The position numbers and the translations under genes are program-made. DNA of 64,000 bases, from contig CAVTBV010000001.1 in NCBI GenBank assembly GCA_963733095.1, positions 64,001 through 128,000 of the forward strand, in the 5' to 3' direction. The notes beneath the pieces were generated by a model that was not told the DNA's origin, did no database searches, and saw only the letters and a list, made by a program, of their open reading frames with translations. This document shows, piece by piece, positions 49,228 to 59,885 of the stretch (position 1 is its first letter; each line of letters starts with the position of its first letter). This DNA is from Candidatus Bathyarchaeota archaeon (lineage in GTDB: Archaea; Thermoproteota; Bathyarchaeia; Bathyarchaeales; Bathycorpusculaceae).

Positions 49228-51979
49228 ATGCTAAATCTAAAAAGTAAAAAAATGGCCATTTTCATTACAGCGATTTTAATCATTTCTATGGGAGCTTCAA
49301 TGGCACTAATACCAAACACTAACGGGCACACTCCACCATATCAGATTCAGCTGTTTGCATTCGTTAATGTTGCACCTAACCCTGCTGGGCTGGGTCAGAC
49401 TGTTACTGTTGGCTTTTGGCTAAACGCACCGCCAATGACTGCAGGCACTATCTATGGTGACAGGTATGGTCCATTCACCGTACATGTCATAAAGCCTGAT
49501 GGAACAAACGAGACATCTGGGTCCATTCACTTCTGACGATACTGGTGGAACAAGCACACACTATACACCTGACCAATTGGGCGAATACCAATTCCAGATG
49601 ACCTATCCAGGACAAACACTAAACGGTGGCCAATACGGCTTAACTGGCATTAGCAACCCAAACTACATCAACGACACTATTTTACCAGCTATAAGCGATG
49701 TTGCAACCTTAACTGTACAGCAAGAACCAGTATCCTCTATTCCGGGCACTCCGCTTCCAACTAGTTACTGGCAGACTCCGATCAACGCGATGAACGTTAA
49801 CAACTGGTACACTATCGGCGGTCCTTATCTTGGCCTCTACATCGGCTACAGCGCAGGTAAAGGCGCCTCCAACTACAACACAACCACAAACTTCAATCCC
49901 TACTCTACTGCGCCGCTTACATCTCACATCATTTGGACAAGGCCCATTACTTTTGGCGGTGTCATCGGCGGTGATGCAGGCGGAACGACGACTTACGGCA
50001 ACTATTATTCGACTGCTCAGTACGAACGGAAGTATAATCCGATTGTCATCAACGGCTACCTTTACTACACTCAAATCCCAGGCAGCTCAGCTAACCCTAC
50101 TGCCAACGTCTGCGTTGACTTATACACTGGACAAACAATATGGGTCGACGACTCAACCAACTTAGGCGGTGGTAGTCCAGCGCAAACTGCTCTAACATCA
50201 GCAGGCTTAGTTACTCCCCTAGTGAGCGGTCAAGTGCTAGATTACGTGTCACCCAACCAATACGGCGGAATTGCATACCTATGGACGAGCGGAACCCTTG
50301 ACGGAATATACACGCGGCCTGGAACGACTTGTTTGAACATGTTTGATGCTATGACTGGTAAGTATATTCTTAGCATTGTTAACGGTACGGGCTTTTCGTA
50401 TGGACACACTGTGGATGCATCAGGCGACTTCATTGATTACTACACTAACACTACTGTTGGGACACAAACAATCTACGGACAAATTCAGCCAGTCATTGGA
50501 CCAGAACCCACAAAAGTTACTAACACTGCGGGCAACGGGTTGCTTGAGGTTTGGAATTCAACACAGTGCATTATGCTAGGCGCAGGCTGGGCATCTTCAT
50601 CGGGTTCAGGATGGAATTGGAAACCTAACCAGAATCTTGTCATCGACTATTCAAAAGGCATAATGGCTGCGTATCAGCTACCTACGGGTCAACCGACAAG
50701 TTGGACAATTATGGGCGTTAACAGCGGTGTCGCAATTCTTTACTCGCTAAATAACGCAGGGCTTACAAACTACTTCCAAACAGGTTCTGACTGGTTTACT
50801 GGCTTTGACATGAACACTGGACAACAGCTATTCGTTAAGGAGATCGCTTTTACGCCTTACACTGCAGTTAACTTAGACAACTATGGCAACGTTGCCGATG
50901 GAGTTTTCACAACCATCATCAAAGAGACTGGCGAGGTATCTGCTTTCAGTGTCACTACAGGCAATCTAGTTTGGACGACGACTCTTAAGGGCGATAATGG
51001 TGCGGATATAAATGCTTATGATACTGTGGGCGGCATTAAGGGCAACATCTACGGTGGGAACTTCTATATCTTTGGCTTTGGCGGCGACATCTGGTCTTTG
51101 TCGATGGCGGATGGCTCTGTTAACTGGTACACGAACACTACAAAGATTACTGGTGAAGCTGGCGGTAATACACCGTATGGTGTTTGGCCTATTTGGGTGC
51201 AGACTGGCATCGGCGGTGGTGGTGGATTGATGTTCCTTGGTGAGGGACATGAGTATTCGCCTCCTCTGTTCATCGGTTCTCAGCAATTGGCGATTAACTG
51301 TACGACTGGTGATCTTGTGTGGGCGATTGATTCGTTTAATGTCAACAGCAATCCGGAGCTTGCGTATGGTATTATGACGAATTTGAATGCTTATGACAAC
51401 CAGATCTACGCTTATGGGCAGGGTCCGAGTGCTACTACTGTTAGTGCTCCTCAGGTAGGCGTTTCTACTGCTACTCCGATTACTATTACGGGTACTGTGA
51501 CGGATGTTTCTGCGGGTGCAAGGCAAGAAGCGGTTGCAGCGAACTATCCCAATGGGTTGCCGGTGGTTTCTGATGCTAGTATGAGCGCGTTTATGGAGAC
51601 GGTGTATATGCAGCAGCCGGATCCGCACAACGAGGTCGGTGTTTCTGTTACTCTTAGTGTTGTTGACTCTAATGGTAACTATCGATCTATTGGTTCTACT
51701 ACTACTGATGCTTCGGGTGCGTACGGTTTTACTTGGACTCCTGATATTGCGGGTGATTATACTTTGATTGCGACGTTTGCTGGTTCAGGTGGCTACTATG
51801 GTTCTTCGGCTCAGACTCATTTCTATGCTAGTGACGTGGTGGCTTCGACTTCGGCTCCTACATCATCGACAGGCAACTATGCTACGACTACTGACTTTGC
51901 GATCGGTATTGCAGCGATTATCGTTGTGCTGGTTATAATCGGCGCATTGATTATGATGATGCTAAGAAAACGACCATAA
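49228..51979 (+). pseudogene. PQQ-like beta-propeller surface protein with one frameshift (pseudogene or assembly error)
   Basis: signal-peptide ORF 49228-49536 joins 49499-51979 if one base near 49516 is removed (KPDGTNET-LGPFTSD); paralog of 16689-19346. Confidence 0.8.
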
Positions 51980-52148
51980 ACGTTCCAGATAGGGAAAATC
52001 AAACTCCCCTTTTATTTTTTTTAATTTAAAATTAGCAGTTCTAATTTTTTAAATTTAAAAAGAATTTTATTATAAATGATGACTGTTATTACTCCAGTTT
52101 TAAGTAAGTTACGATTAAACAGGTAAAAGTTTTAATTCAACCTCTGAA

Positions 52149-53396
52149 GTGGTTTTGGCTATGTGGCGGCTAGGGTTCTTCTTTCATGAGATTGCGTTTG
52201 GATTACTTAGCGTTTTCATACCGCTCTACCTAGTAGCTTTCAAAGACACAAGTATTCTTGGCGGCCCACTGGTTGCTTTGGGTGTCATGACGTCAATCGC
52301 TATTTTCTGCTCTATCCCAGCCTCTTTCCTTTGGGGTTACCTCTGCGATGTCACACGCCACTACAAAGTGTTCATTCTTCTCTCGTTCATTTCCTCAGCC
52401 ATAATTCTCTTCTTGATGGCACTTCCCTTTGCACAAAACATCATCATGTTCGTTGTTTTGTACGTGGTTATGCAGGTGCTCCACATCTCACACGAGGCTC
52501 CAAAAAACGTTCTAATTGCCGAACACTACAGCCGCAACGAATGGGAACGATCATACGGCTTCTACGAGGGACTCACCGAAATCGGTTTTATAATTGGTTT
52601 AGCAGTTGGATTAGTGCTGAGTATTGGGTTATTCGCGTTTACGGCTTCCCTAAGTTCAGCTGTTTTGGCAACTTATACGTTGTACGTGTGTAGCGCTTTG
52701 AGTTTAGTTGCGTTCATCCTTTCCGTGGCTTTAATTGCTGATCCGCTGATGATTTTTGAGCGGCGTTTGGTAGGCATGGAGAGAACACTTGATTTCACCT
52801 CTCGCGGCGTTGAAGCATACAGTTTGGGGTGGAAAGGTTCACTTAAAAAAGAAAGCTTCCCCGGATTCGCCTTTGCAATAGTGATATTCTCTTTGGCAAC
52901 AAGCCTCTTCTTTACGCCCTTACCCATTTACCTCAAGACGATTTTCAATGGACAAACAAGCATGGTTTATGTTGCATATATCCTGAATTCGATTGGAGCA
53001 ACAATAGGTTACTTCTTGATTCGTAATCGTGCAAGGTCGCTGGATTTAAGAAAACAAATGCCTCGCTTCGTGCTTCTTCGCGGACTCCTCATATTCCTGT
53101 TGGTTGGGGTTATACAATTTGCTTTTTCACCAACCATAATGACTGGAGTAATGCTCGTTTTCATAGGCTTCGCATATGCCATGTACTATATAATGATGAT
53201 TTCCTTATCAATGGAACTTATCCCTGAAGGGAAATCAGGCTTTTTTGATGGGCTCGTTGGTTTAGGTGCAGCGGTTGGATCTTTTCTAGGACCCTTTTTA
53301 GCTGAGAAATTAAATTATGAGCCTACTTTTTTGATTGCGGCAGTAGCTTTTCTTTGTGCTTATTTAATACTGAAAATCGTTGCGATTAAAAAATAG
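52149..53396 (+). CDS. MFS transporter
   Basis: about 12 TM helices, motif-A-like WGYLCD, GAAVGSFLGP. Confidence 0.88.
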   Translation: MVLAMWRLGFFFHEIAFGLLSVFIPLYLVAFKDTSILGGPLVALGVMTSIAIFCSIPASFLWGYLCDVTRHYKVFILLSFISSAIILFLMALPFAQNIIMFVVLYVVMQVLHISHEAPKNVLIAEHYSRNEWERSYGFYEGLTEIGFIIGLAVGLVLSIGLFAFTASLSSAVLATYTLYVCSALSLVAFILSVALIADPLMIFERRLVGMERTLDFTSRGVEAYSLGWKGSLKKESFPGFAFAIVIFSLATSLFFTPLPIYLKTIFNGQTSMVYVAYILNSIGATIGYFLIRNRARSLDLRKQMPRFVLLRGLLIFLLVGVIQFAFSPTIMTGVMLVFIGFAYAMYYIMMISLSMELIPEGKSGFFDGLVGLGAAVGSFLGPFLAEKLNYEPTFLIAAVAFLCAYLILKIVAIKK

Positions 53397-53440
53397 AATA
53401 AAAAGAAAAGAGGTTTAGCGAGTTCTCGCTCGGGTTTTGT

Positions 53441-54880
53441 TTATTCTGTGTGGACTCTATATAAGTCTACGTCTTCGCGCATGCTGGGTGTCAGTTCTAA
53501 GAAGTCTCGTACTGATCGTTCGATGTCTTTAGATTGTGTAACGTATCTGCCGACGATGAGTATATCTGCGCCTTGATCTAATGCTTCTTTTGCTGTTTCT
53601 GGGACGATTCCGCCCGCGACTGCAATCAGCAACTTTTTGCCTGGGAAGGCTTGGCGTATCATCTTTATTCGTTCTAGTCCGCAGCTTCTACCGCTTTCTT
53701 GGTCGATTCCCCTGTGTAGGATGACGATGTCTGGAAATTCTTTGATTGATTTCAATTTGCCAAGGACATCTTCAACGTTTAGCATGTCGATGACTGCGTA
53801 GATTCCTAGACGTTTGGCTTCCTGTACCGTTGCATCTAACGTCTCTGGTGGTGCTAGGCCGGCTGCAACAACTGCATCTGCGGTGTCTTCGTATGCTATG
53901 TCTACTTCAACTTTGCCAACGTCAAGGGTTTTTAGGTCGGCTATGATGAATTTGTCTTTGGCTATTTTGCGTAGTTCGTTGATGCCTCTTGTGCCGTAGC
54001 GTTTGATTAGTGGGGTGCCGACTTCAAGGATGATTCTGTCGCTTCCTGGCAGTGCCTCGATGACTTTCTTTGCTCCTTCAAGTGAGGGTGCATCAAGTGC
54101 AATTTGGAGGTATGGTGGTCTCCATAGGCGTGGAACTTTGAAGCCCATGATTGGGTGCTTTGAGCGGTCTTTCTCGTAGATTATCTTTTCCAGCGTTGGA
54201 TATTGCTTTAGTGCACGTTTTAGAGCCATTTTTGTTGCGCCATAGTTGTACTGGTATATCTTGCGAAAATCGGCTGCTTTCGGATGGATGAAAACGCTAC
54301 AGATGATAACCCATTCGTCTAGTTTGTTTGCTGGAATGATTCCTTCTTCGGCTGAGTCAGCGATGGCTTTTGCAACTGCGGCTTGTGCTGGACCGAAAAT
54401 TTTGCCTGTGTCCTCCATGTTTTTGATGGTCACTTTTGGCACGATTAGTGTGTGGGGTTTTGGAGGCAAGTTAGGTCTGATTACTGCAAGGACTGGTGTG
54501 TGGCCGGCTGATAGTTGTGTCATGCCGTTTGCGAATGCTTGTCCGATGGGTCCGTTTTTGTCGCCTATCATGAGGTCAATGTGTGCAACTTCGTTTCCTT
54601 CTCCAAGAAGCGATTCACCGATTAGGTAGGTGGGTCCTGAATCTTCCTCTACATCGTCAGCTATTGTCGGCATATGGTCAGCAATCTCTTTGAAATCGAC
54701 ATTGAACTCCTTTAACCAGGAATAAAGTGTGTCTCTGTGAATATCCATTTCTTTCGCGGTTCCGATGACTGTCGGTTTTGTCGGCTTTCCTTTAGAGCCA
54801 ACCTCTTTTTTTGCGGCTTCTGTTAGCATTTTTATAAATATTTCACGTGTTTCTGGCTTTTTGATGTCTGTTCCCGACAT
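53441..54880 (-). CDS. fae-hps: bifunctional formaldehyde-activating enzyme / 3-hexulose-6-phosphate synthase with extra N-terminal HTH
   Basis: GEGNEVAHIDL, HTPVLAVIRPN, GPAQAAVAKA (Fae); PYLQIALD, EVGTPLIK, ADLKTLD, HRGID (Hps). Confidence 0.93.
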   Translation of the reverse strand: MSGTDIKKPETREIFIKMLTEAAKKEVGSKGKPTKPTVIGTAKEMDIHRDTLYSWLKEFNVDFKEIADHMPTIADDVEEDSGPTYLIGESLLGEGNEVAHIDLMIGDKNGPIGQAFANGMTQLSAGHTPVLAVIRPNLPPKPHTLIVPKVTIKNMEDTGKIFGPAQAAVAKAIADSAEEGIIPANKLDEWVIICSVFIHPKAADFRKIYQYNYGATKMALKRALKQYPTLEKIIYEKDRSKHPIMGFKVPRLWRPPYLQIALDAPSLEGAKKVIEALPGSDRIILEVGTPLIKRYGTRGINELRKIAKDKFIIADLKTLDVGKVEVDIAYEDTADAVVAAGLAPPETLDATVQEAKRLGIYAVIDMLNVEDVLGKLKSIKEFPDIVILHRGIDQESGRSCGLERIKMIRQAFPGKKLLIAVAGGIVPETAKEALDQGADILIVGRYVTQSKDIERSVRDFLELTPSMREDVDLYRVHTE

Positions 54881-55085
54881 TGTATTTTCCTCGGTCGCTC
54901 TTTGAGGGGTATGTTATATATAAAAATGTCGGATACACTGTAAAATATTTAGGCTGGCTAAGAATGTTTTAGCGGAGGTTGCTGTTACGTGTTTGTTTTT
55001 GTGTGGCGATGACTTTTGCCGCATTTTCTTTTTCTAAATCTTTATATCTCAACATTGGTATTGAAGCCCTATTTAACGAGGAAAA

Positions 55086-55271
55086 TTGATGTCTTGGACT
55101 GACTGGACATTACTATGCTCATTATTGGTTGGTTTTTTGTTGTTCCTAGTTGGCGCCAACATATACAATGCAATCGTCGGGTACAGTGGCATATACCTGT
55201 CCATTGGTTCAATCGCAGCCTACCTTATCATCTACATCTACAAAGAACTAACAAAGAAACAGCCCGCTTAA
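55086..55271 (+). CDS. small two-TM membrane protein
   Basis: GAGG RBS, hydrophobic hairpin, basic tail. Confidence 0.6.
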   Translation: MMSWTDWTLLCSLLVGFLLFLVGANIYNAIVGYSGIYLSIGSIAAYLIIYIYKELTKKQPA

Positions 55272-56818
55272 AACCCGTAGAGGCAGCTATATTTTTCGTT
55301 TAGGTAACGCAAGTATGGTTCTGAATCGAGGGTTTTGCCAGTTGCTAGCCTGATAAGTTCTTGAGGGTCATAGAGGTCGCCTTTGCTATGGATGTTAGTT
55401 TTTAACCAACCGTTGACATCATCGAGTTTTCCTTCTGCAAGCGCTTTGCGCCAGTCGGGCAAGTCTTTGATAAGGGCGGCAGTTATTTGTCCACTGTAGA
55501 TGTTACCCAACGCGTAGCTTGGGAAGTAACCGTAAAGTCCGCTTGCCCAATGTGTATCCTGCATAACACCCTCCGAATCATTCTCTGCTTTCACGCCAAG
55601 ATAATCCGAGTATTTCTGGTTCCAAGCCTCCGGCAACTCGTCGACTGCGATTTTGTCAGCGAAGAGGTCTCTTTCAAGCTCAAAGCGAATGATGATATGG
55701 AGGCTGTAAGTTACTTCGTCCGCTTCGATTCTTATTTTTGACCTTTCAACTTTGTTTATGGCTTGGACGAAGGGATCTAACTGGAGGCTATCTAAACTTG
55801 GGGCTGCATGTTTGATTTTGGGCAGAAAACCTGTCCAGAACTCTTTTGAGCGTCCCACGATGTTTTCGTAGAACCGCGACTGAGATTCGTGAATGCCGTA
55901 TGAGCAAGTTGAGCCTACGGGTTGATAGTACCAGTCTGGATCGAGGTTTTGCTCATATATCGCGTGCCCGCTTTCATGGAGTACTGAGAAGATTGAGCTG
56001 GCAAAATTGTCTGGGTAATAATGTGTTGTTATGCGCACGTCATCGTAGTAGCCCGTGGTGAATGGGTGTTCTGTCTCGTCAACTCTTCCCCCCGCATGCG
56101 GGGAAACCGTGTCGTAACCGAGGGTTTCCGTTATTAGTTGCGTGATTTTGCGTTGGTTCTCCACTGGCACTACTTGTTTGAGGATTTGCATGGGTGATTT
56201 AACTTGGCTGTCTTCAATTTTTGCGATTAGCGGCTTTAGACCTGCGAGTAACTGGTTGAATGTGGCTGTTATGGCATATGAAGGCATTTTTGGCTCAAAG
56301 CTATCAAGCAACGCATCGTAGGGAGTCTTGGTTTCTTTGACTTTCATTAGGATTTCGGCCGCTTGTTTGCTGAGATCCAAGAGTTTTTGCAAGTCACCTT
56401 TGAATATGGTATAGTCTTTTTTTGCCTTGGCTTTTTTCCAGGTGTTGACTGTTATAGCTTCTTGCCTAGCAAGGTCGGAGACGAGTTTTTCAGGAAGAGC
56501 ATTTTGTTCTTGGTAGGTTTTGTTGATTAGGTATACGTTACGTTTTGCTACTTGCTCCAGCGCTTGGTATTCTGCGCTTGTTTGGATGCTGGTTAAGAGT
56601 TTTCCTATTTCAGGATCTGTTCCCAGTTTATGGTGGATCCGGGTTAAGAGTGCCAGTTGTTGACTGCGCTGCTCTACAGCTTTTGGCGGCATGTAGATCT
56701 CCATGTCCCAGTGAATGATGCCTTCAGCGGTGGAGAGCACGACCAAGTCTTTGGTTTTAGATAAAAGTTCTTTATAAGCAGAATCCAGGTTTATTGTCAA
56801 AGATGCTTCTTCCTTCAT
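55268..56818 (-). CDS. carboxypeptidase, family M32
   Basis: HPF, DVRITT, HESGH, HESQSRF, IRIEAD, QDTHW, GYFPSY. Confidence 0.95.
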   Translation of the reverse strand: MKEEASLTINLDSAYKELLSKTKDLVVLSTAEGIIHWDMEIYMPPKAVEQRSQQLALLTRIHHKLGTDPEIGKLLTSIQTSAEYQALEQVAKRNVYLINKTYQEQNALPEKLVSDLARQEAITVNTWKKAKAKKDYTIFKGDLQKLLDLSKQAAEILMKVKETKTPYDALLDSFEPKMPSYAITATFNQLLAGLKPLIAKIEDSQVKSPMQILKQVVPVENQRKITQLITETLGYDTVSPHAGGRVDETEHPFTTGYYDDVRITTHYYPDNFASSIFSVLHESGHAIYEQNLDPDWYYQPVGSTCSYGIHESQSRFYENIVGRSKEFWTGFLPKIKHAAPSLDSLQLDPFVQAINKVERSKIRIEADEVTYSLHIIIRFELERDLFADKIAVDELPEAWNQKYSDYLGVKAENDSEGVMQDTHWASGLYGYFPSYALGNIYSGQITAALIKDLPDWRKALAEGKLDDVNGWLKTNIHSKGDLYDPQELIRLATGKTLDSEPYLRYLNEKYSCLYGF

Positions 56819-56967
56819 GTTTCAATGTTAGCGTCCTTTTTTACTGTTAGGTTAAAGGTTTCTTCATGTGAGGAATCCCTGTTGATATTAAGTGAGTAAG
56901 CGGTAGTCTGATTGCAAAAGTTTTTATCTGCCGATCATACAGAGATGAGGTTTTGAGGTAACAAAAA

Positions 56968-57618
56968 ATGAGTAGCTTAGAATCTAGCAAGAACTTAGCA
57001 GGCATTGGCGCAATATTGCTCTTGTTCCCCTTCGTCAGCATTATCGGCATAATACTTGTTTTCGTAGGCATGAAAGGCTTAGCAGAATACTATAGAGATG
57101 ACAGCATCTACCGTGATGCTCTTAGAGGGCTTGTCTTTCTAATCATTGCAGTAGTCGCCATCGCAATCGCAGTACCCCTATTCGTAATCGGCGGCATGTT
57201 CAGCGCCTTTACCATAGGAGCCTTTGGGATTGGATTAGGATTAATATCTTTGATTTTGCTAGCAGTGATTGTTTTTGTTTTCTACGTGCTAGCCGCTATG
57301 AACCTAAGAAAAGCCTTCAATACTCTCGCACAGAAGTCAGGCGAACATATGTTTGAAGCAGCCGGGGCCGTCCTATTCGTAGGCGCCATACTCACGATAT
57401 TCTTCTTCATCGGCTTGCTGCTGATATTTGTTGCATGGATAATCGCAACAATCGCATTCTTCTCCATCAAAGTTCCCCCACAACCCTGCGCTTATGCACC
57501 ACCCCCAACAGCAGCCCCTTCTATGCAACCAACCCGTTTCTGTCCTAACTGCGGCGCACCCATCGAAGCAAACGCAACTTTCTGTCCCCACTGCGGAAGA
57601 CAACTTCCTCCACCCTAA
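56968..57618 (+). CDS. DUF996 membrane protein with C-terminal zinc ribbon
   Basis: LAGIGAIL, LAQKSGEHMF, IAFFSI; CPNC...CPHC. Confidence 0.85.
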   Translation: MSSLESSKNLAGIGAILLLFPFVSIIGIILVFVGMKGLAEYYRDDSIYRDALRGLVFLIIAVVAIAIAVPLFVIGGMFSAFTIGAFGIGLGLISLILLAVIVFVFYVLAAMNLRKAFNTLAQKSGEHMFEAAGAVLFVGAILTIFFFIGLLLIFVAWIIATIAFFSIKVPPQPCAYAPPPTAAPSMQPTRFCPNCGAPIEANATFCPHCGRQLPPP

Positions 57619-57787
57619 ACTTCTTTATTTTTATCTTGTTTTTGTCGGTCAAGCATGGCGGAAAGGTTACATTCCAAAAGGTTGGAACTTGCCTGAATGC
57701 TTCCTCAGACGGTACCATTCTATAACGGAGCAACTAAACTGAGTTATCTTAAAGCCAGAAAGCGTTGTCTGAAAATGATGTATAAGT

Positions 57788-57865
57788 TGGTGCTCCGGCC
57801 GGGATTTGGACCCGGGTCGCCGACTCGAAAGGCCAGTATACTTGACCGGACTATACTACCGGAGC
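57788..57865 (-). tRNA. tRNA-Glu(TTC), CCA encoded, atypical T-loop
   Basis: GCTCCGG/CCGGAGC acceptor, CTGGC-CTTTCGA-GTCGG anticodon arm, T-loop TCCAAAT. Confidence 0.85.
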
Positions 57866-57934
57866 GCTTTATGATAAAGCATCAAGCAGAATGCATTTTC
57901 CCTCGAATAAACCTTACCCTTCCAGAACCACAGT

Positions 57935-58453
57935 TTAGCTAACTGGCTTTCTTGCTTTAGATTTTTTTGGTGTAAACAAAAATGCAGTGATTTGTTCGAT
58001 AAGCTTGGTTTGGTTTGCGGCGGTTTTTTCTAGGTCTTGGATTCTTTTTTCAAGGTCGTTTGAGATGATTTTGCCTTCAATGCGGTTGGCGGAGCGGAAC
58101 ATGAGGAGCATCTTGAACACTTCATCAATCGCTCTCAGTTTTTCCTCGTTTGAAGCTGGCTTTGTTCCGGCGATAACTGATAGAAGGTCAACGTAGTGTT
58201 CTTTGATTTTTAGTTCGGCGTTGACTGAGGGGTCAGTTGGGAACGCTATGCTGAGCGGGGTTTTCTTCGCCAGTTCGGCGGCAGTTGGGAAACGGATGAT
58301 TATGTCGCCTCTTATCCATGAAGAAACAAATTCTGTAACGAAGCGGCGAATATCCTTTTCCGAATAGAGCAAAGTTGACGTTGGCTTTGGCTCAGGTTTT
58401 CTCTTGATTCGTACGCTGATAATTTTCTTGTCTTCTGCATTATCTTTCGACAT
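57935..58453 (-). CDS. hypothetical protein with C-terminal coiled coil
   Basis: 172-aa ORF filling the gap, GAAGG RBS; no family recognised. Confidence 0.65.
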   Translation of the reverse strand: MSKDNAEDKKIISVRIKRKPEPKPTSTLLYSEKDIRRFVTEFVSSWIRGDIIIRFPTAAELAKKTPLSIAFPTDPSVNAELKIKEHYVDLLSVIAGTKPASNEEKLRAIDEVFKMLLMFRSANRIEGKIISNDLEKRIQDLEKTAANQTKLIEQITAFLFTPKKSKARKPVS

Positions 58454-58535
58454 TTAATTTCCTTCTATGCGCCTCTAAGCGTTCTTCGCGTTATTTTCTT
58501 AAGTACACCTAGTATTTAAGAAAAACATCTTTCTT

Positions 58536-59816
58536 TTAAAAAGAAATCTTTGCTGCCGAAGGAATCTTTCCCAGAATCTTCGCAGTTGCCTTCTCCACCT
58601 TCGCCCGGTCAGCCTCATCTGTGTAGACCCGAAGAATGTTCATGAAGCCCTTGAGGGTTTCAAAAATCTTGGAGCTCTCACTTAACCTCTGGAGCTTCTT
58701 TTCTCCCCCTGGACTTCTTGTAAAGACCGGAATCTCGGTTGATTCCATGAGCACCGCATGGTGATAGGGGACTGATGGGACCGTTGGCACATCGATTATA
58801 ACAGAGCCTAATTCAACTCCTGCCTCATTCGCAATTTCACTCTGTACTTGTTGTCGATAGGTCTCGCGACCGAACAGGTTAGAAATCATAGCGTCCTTTT
58901 CATAGAATGTCCGTTCGTAAGCGCATTTGAGCATGCGCCGATTTTCCAAGTTGCTGATGATTTCGTTGGATGCTTTGCATTTCCTGAGAGCAGCCCAAAC
59001 GGTGTAATCGTCCAACGCCATGTATTCTTCAGGGGTTTTAAACGCTGTTAAACCCAGTTCTTGGTTGGCTTTGTCCATGGCGGTAGCCAGCATAATCTGC
59101 GCGGCTCGTCCGACACGGTGGAAATAGATGCTCTTGAAAGACTCTATACGGGCAATAACAAACGCCTCCAAAGCTGACAACGCGCCTAATTCGACGGCTA
59201 AGTTTTCGCCGAAAACGTCGAGTGCATGTATTAAGCGGTAAACGTCTATGAAGCCGTATTCTGCACCTGTGTGGTAAGTGTCTCGCACAATGAAGTCTTG
59301 CTTGTCTACGTCGACGGCGCTACTAATTATCTGATTGAGAAACGCCCTGTCCTTTTTGTGTAGCTTTCCCACAGCTAATCCTGCGACCTCTTTTGGGTTG
59401 AAGCCCAGTTTGGATAATTTGTCGCTGAGTTCGCTTTCCTCTATAATCCATGAGGTAATGTCTTCATGGGTTTTCTCAAGGTCCTTGATTAGCAGGTGCT
59501 CAAAGACATGCGAGAAAGGTCCATGTCCGCAGTCATGGAGTAGTGCTGAAATGCGGCACATGTCCACCTCTTCGTCGTTGACGACACGTGAAATATTGGG
59601 GTTTTCCAAAACGTGGCCCGCGAGGTACATAACTCCTAGGCTGTGTTCGAAACGTGTGTGGTTAGCGCCTGGATAAACATATTCGGAGCCCGCCAGCTGC
59701 CTTAGTCTGCGTAGTCGCTGCATTGGGTAGGTGTCGATAACGTTCTTTTCAGCTTCAGTAATGTACACATATCCGTGTACTGGATCTTTGATTTCTCCCC
59801 AGTAAGCTTTAGGCAC
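58536..59816 (-). CDS. HD-domain phosphohydrolase (SAMHD1/dNTPase-like)
   Basis: IKDPVHG, QRLRRLRQL, HTRFEHSLG, LLHDCGHGPFSH, DVDKQDFIVRD, YFH. Confidence 0.92.
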   Translation of the reverse strand: MPKAYWGEIKDPVHGYVYITEAEKNVIDTYPMQRLRRLRQLAGSEYVYPGANHTRFEHSLGVMYLAGHVLENPNISRVVNDEEVDMCRISALLHDCGHGPFSHVFEHLLIKDLEKTHEDITSWIIEESELSDKLSKLGFNPKEVAGLAVGKLHKKDRAFLNQIISSAVDVDKQDFIVRDTYHTGAEYGFIDVYRLIHALDVFGENLAVELGALSALEAFVIARIESFKSIYFHRVGRAAQIMLATAMDKANQELGLTAFKTPEEYMALDDYTVWAALRKCKASNEIISNLENRRMLKCAYERTFYEKDAMISNLFGRETYRQQVQSEIANEAGVELGSVIIDVPTVPSVPYHHAVLMESTEIPVFTRSPGGEKKLQRLSESSKIFETLKGFMNILRVYTDEADRAKVEKATAKILGKIPSAAKISF

Positions 59817-59885
59817 AAGCGCAACCTCACAGTTGTAAGCTATATTTAGGTAACTTCCATTAATGTGTAACGCATACCAGCCGAG

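Noticed and set aside
57697-57942. 81-aa ORF
   Set aside because: Overlaps tRNA-Glu on the opposite strand
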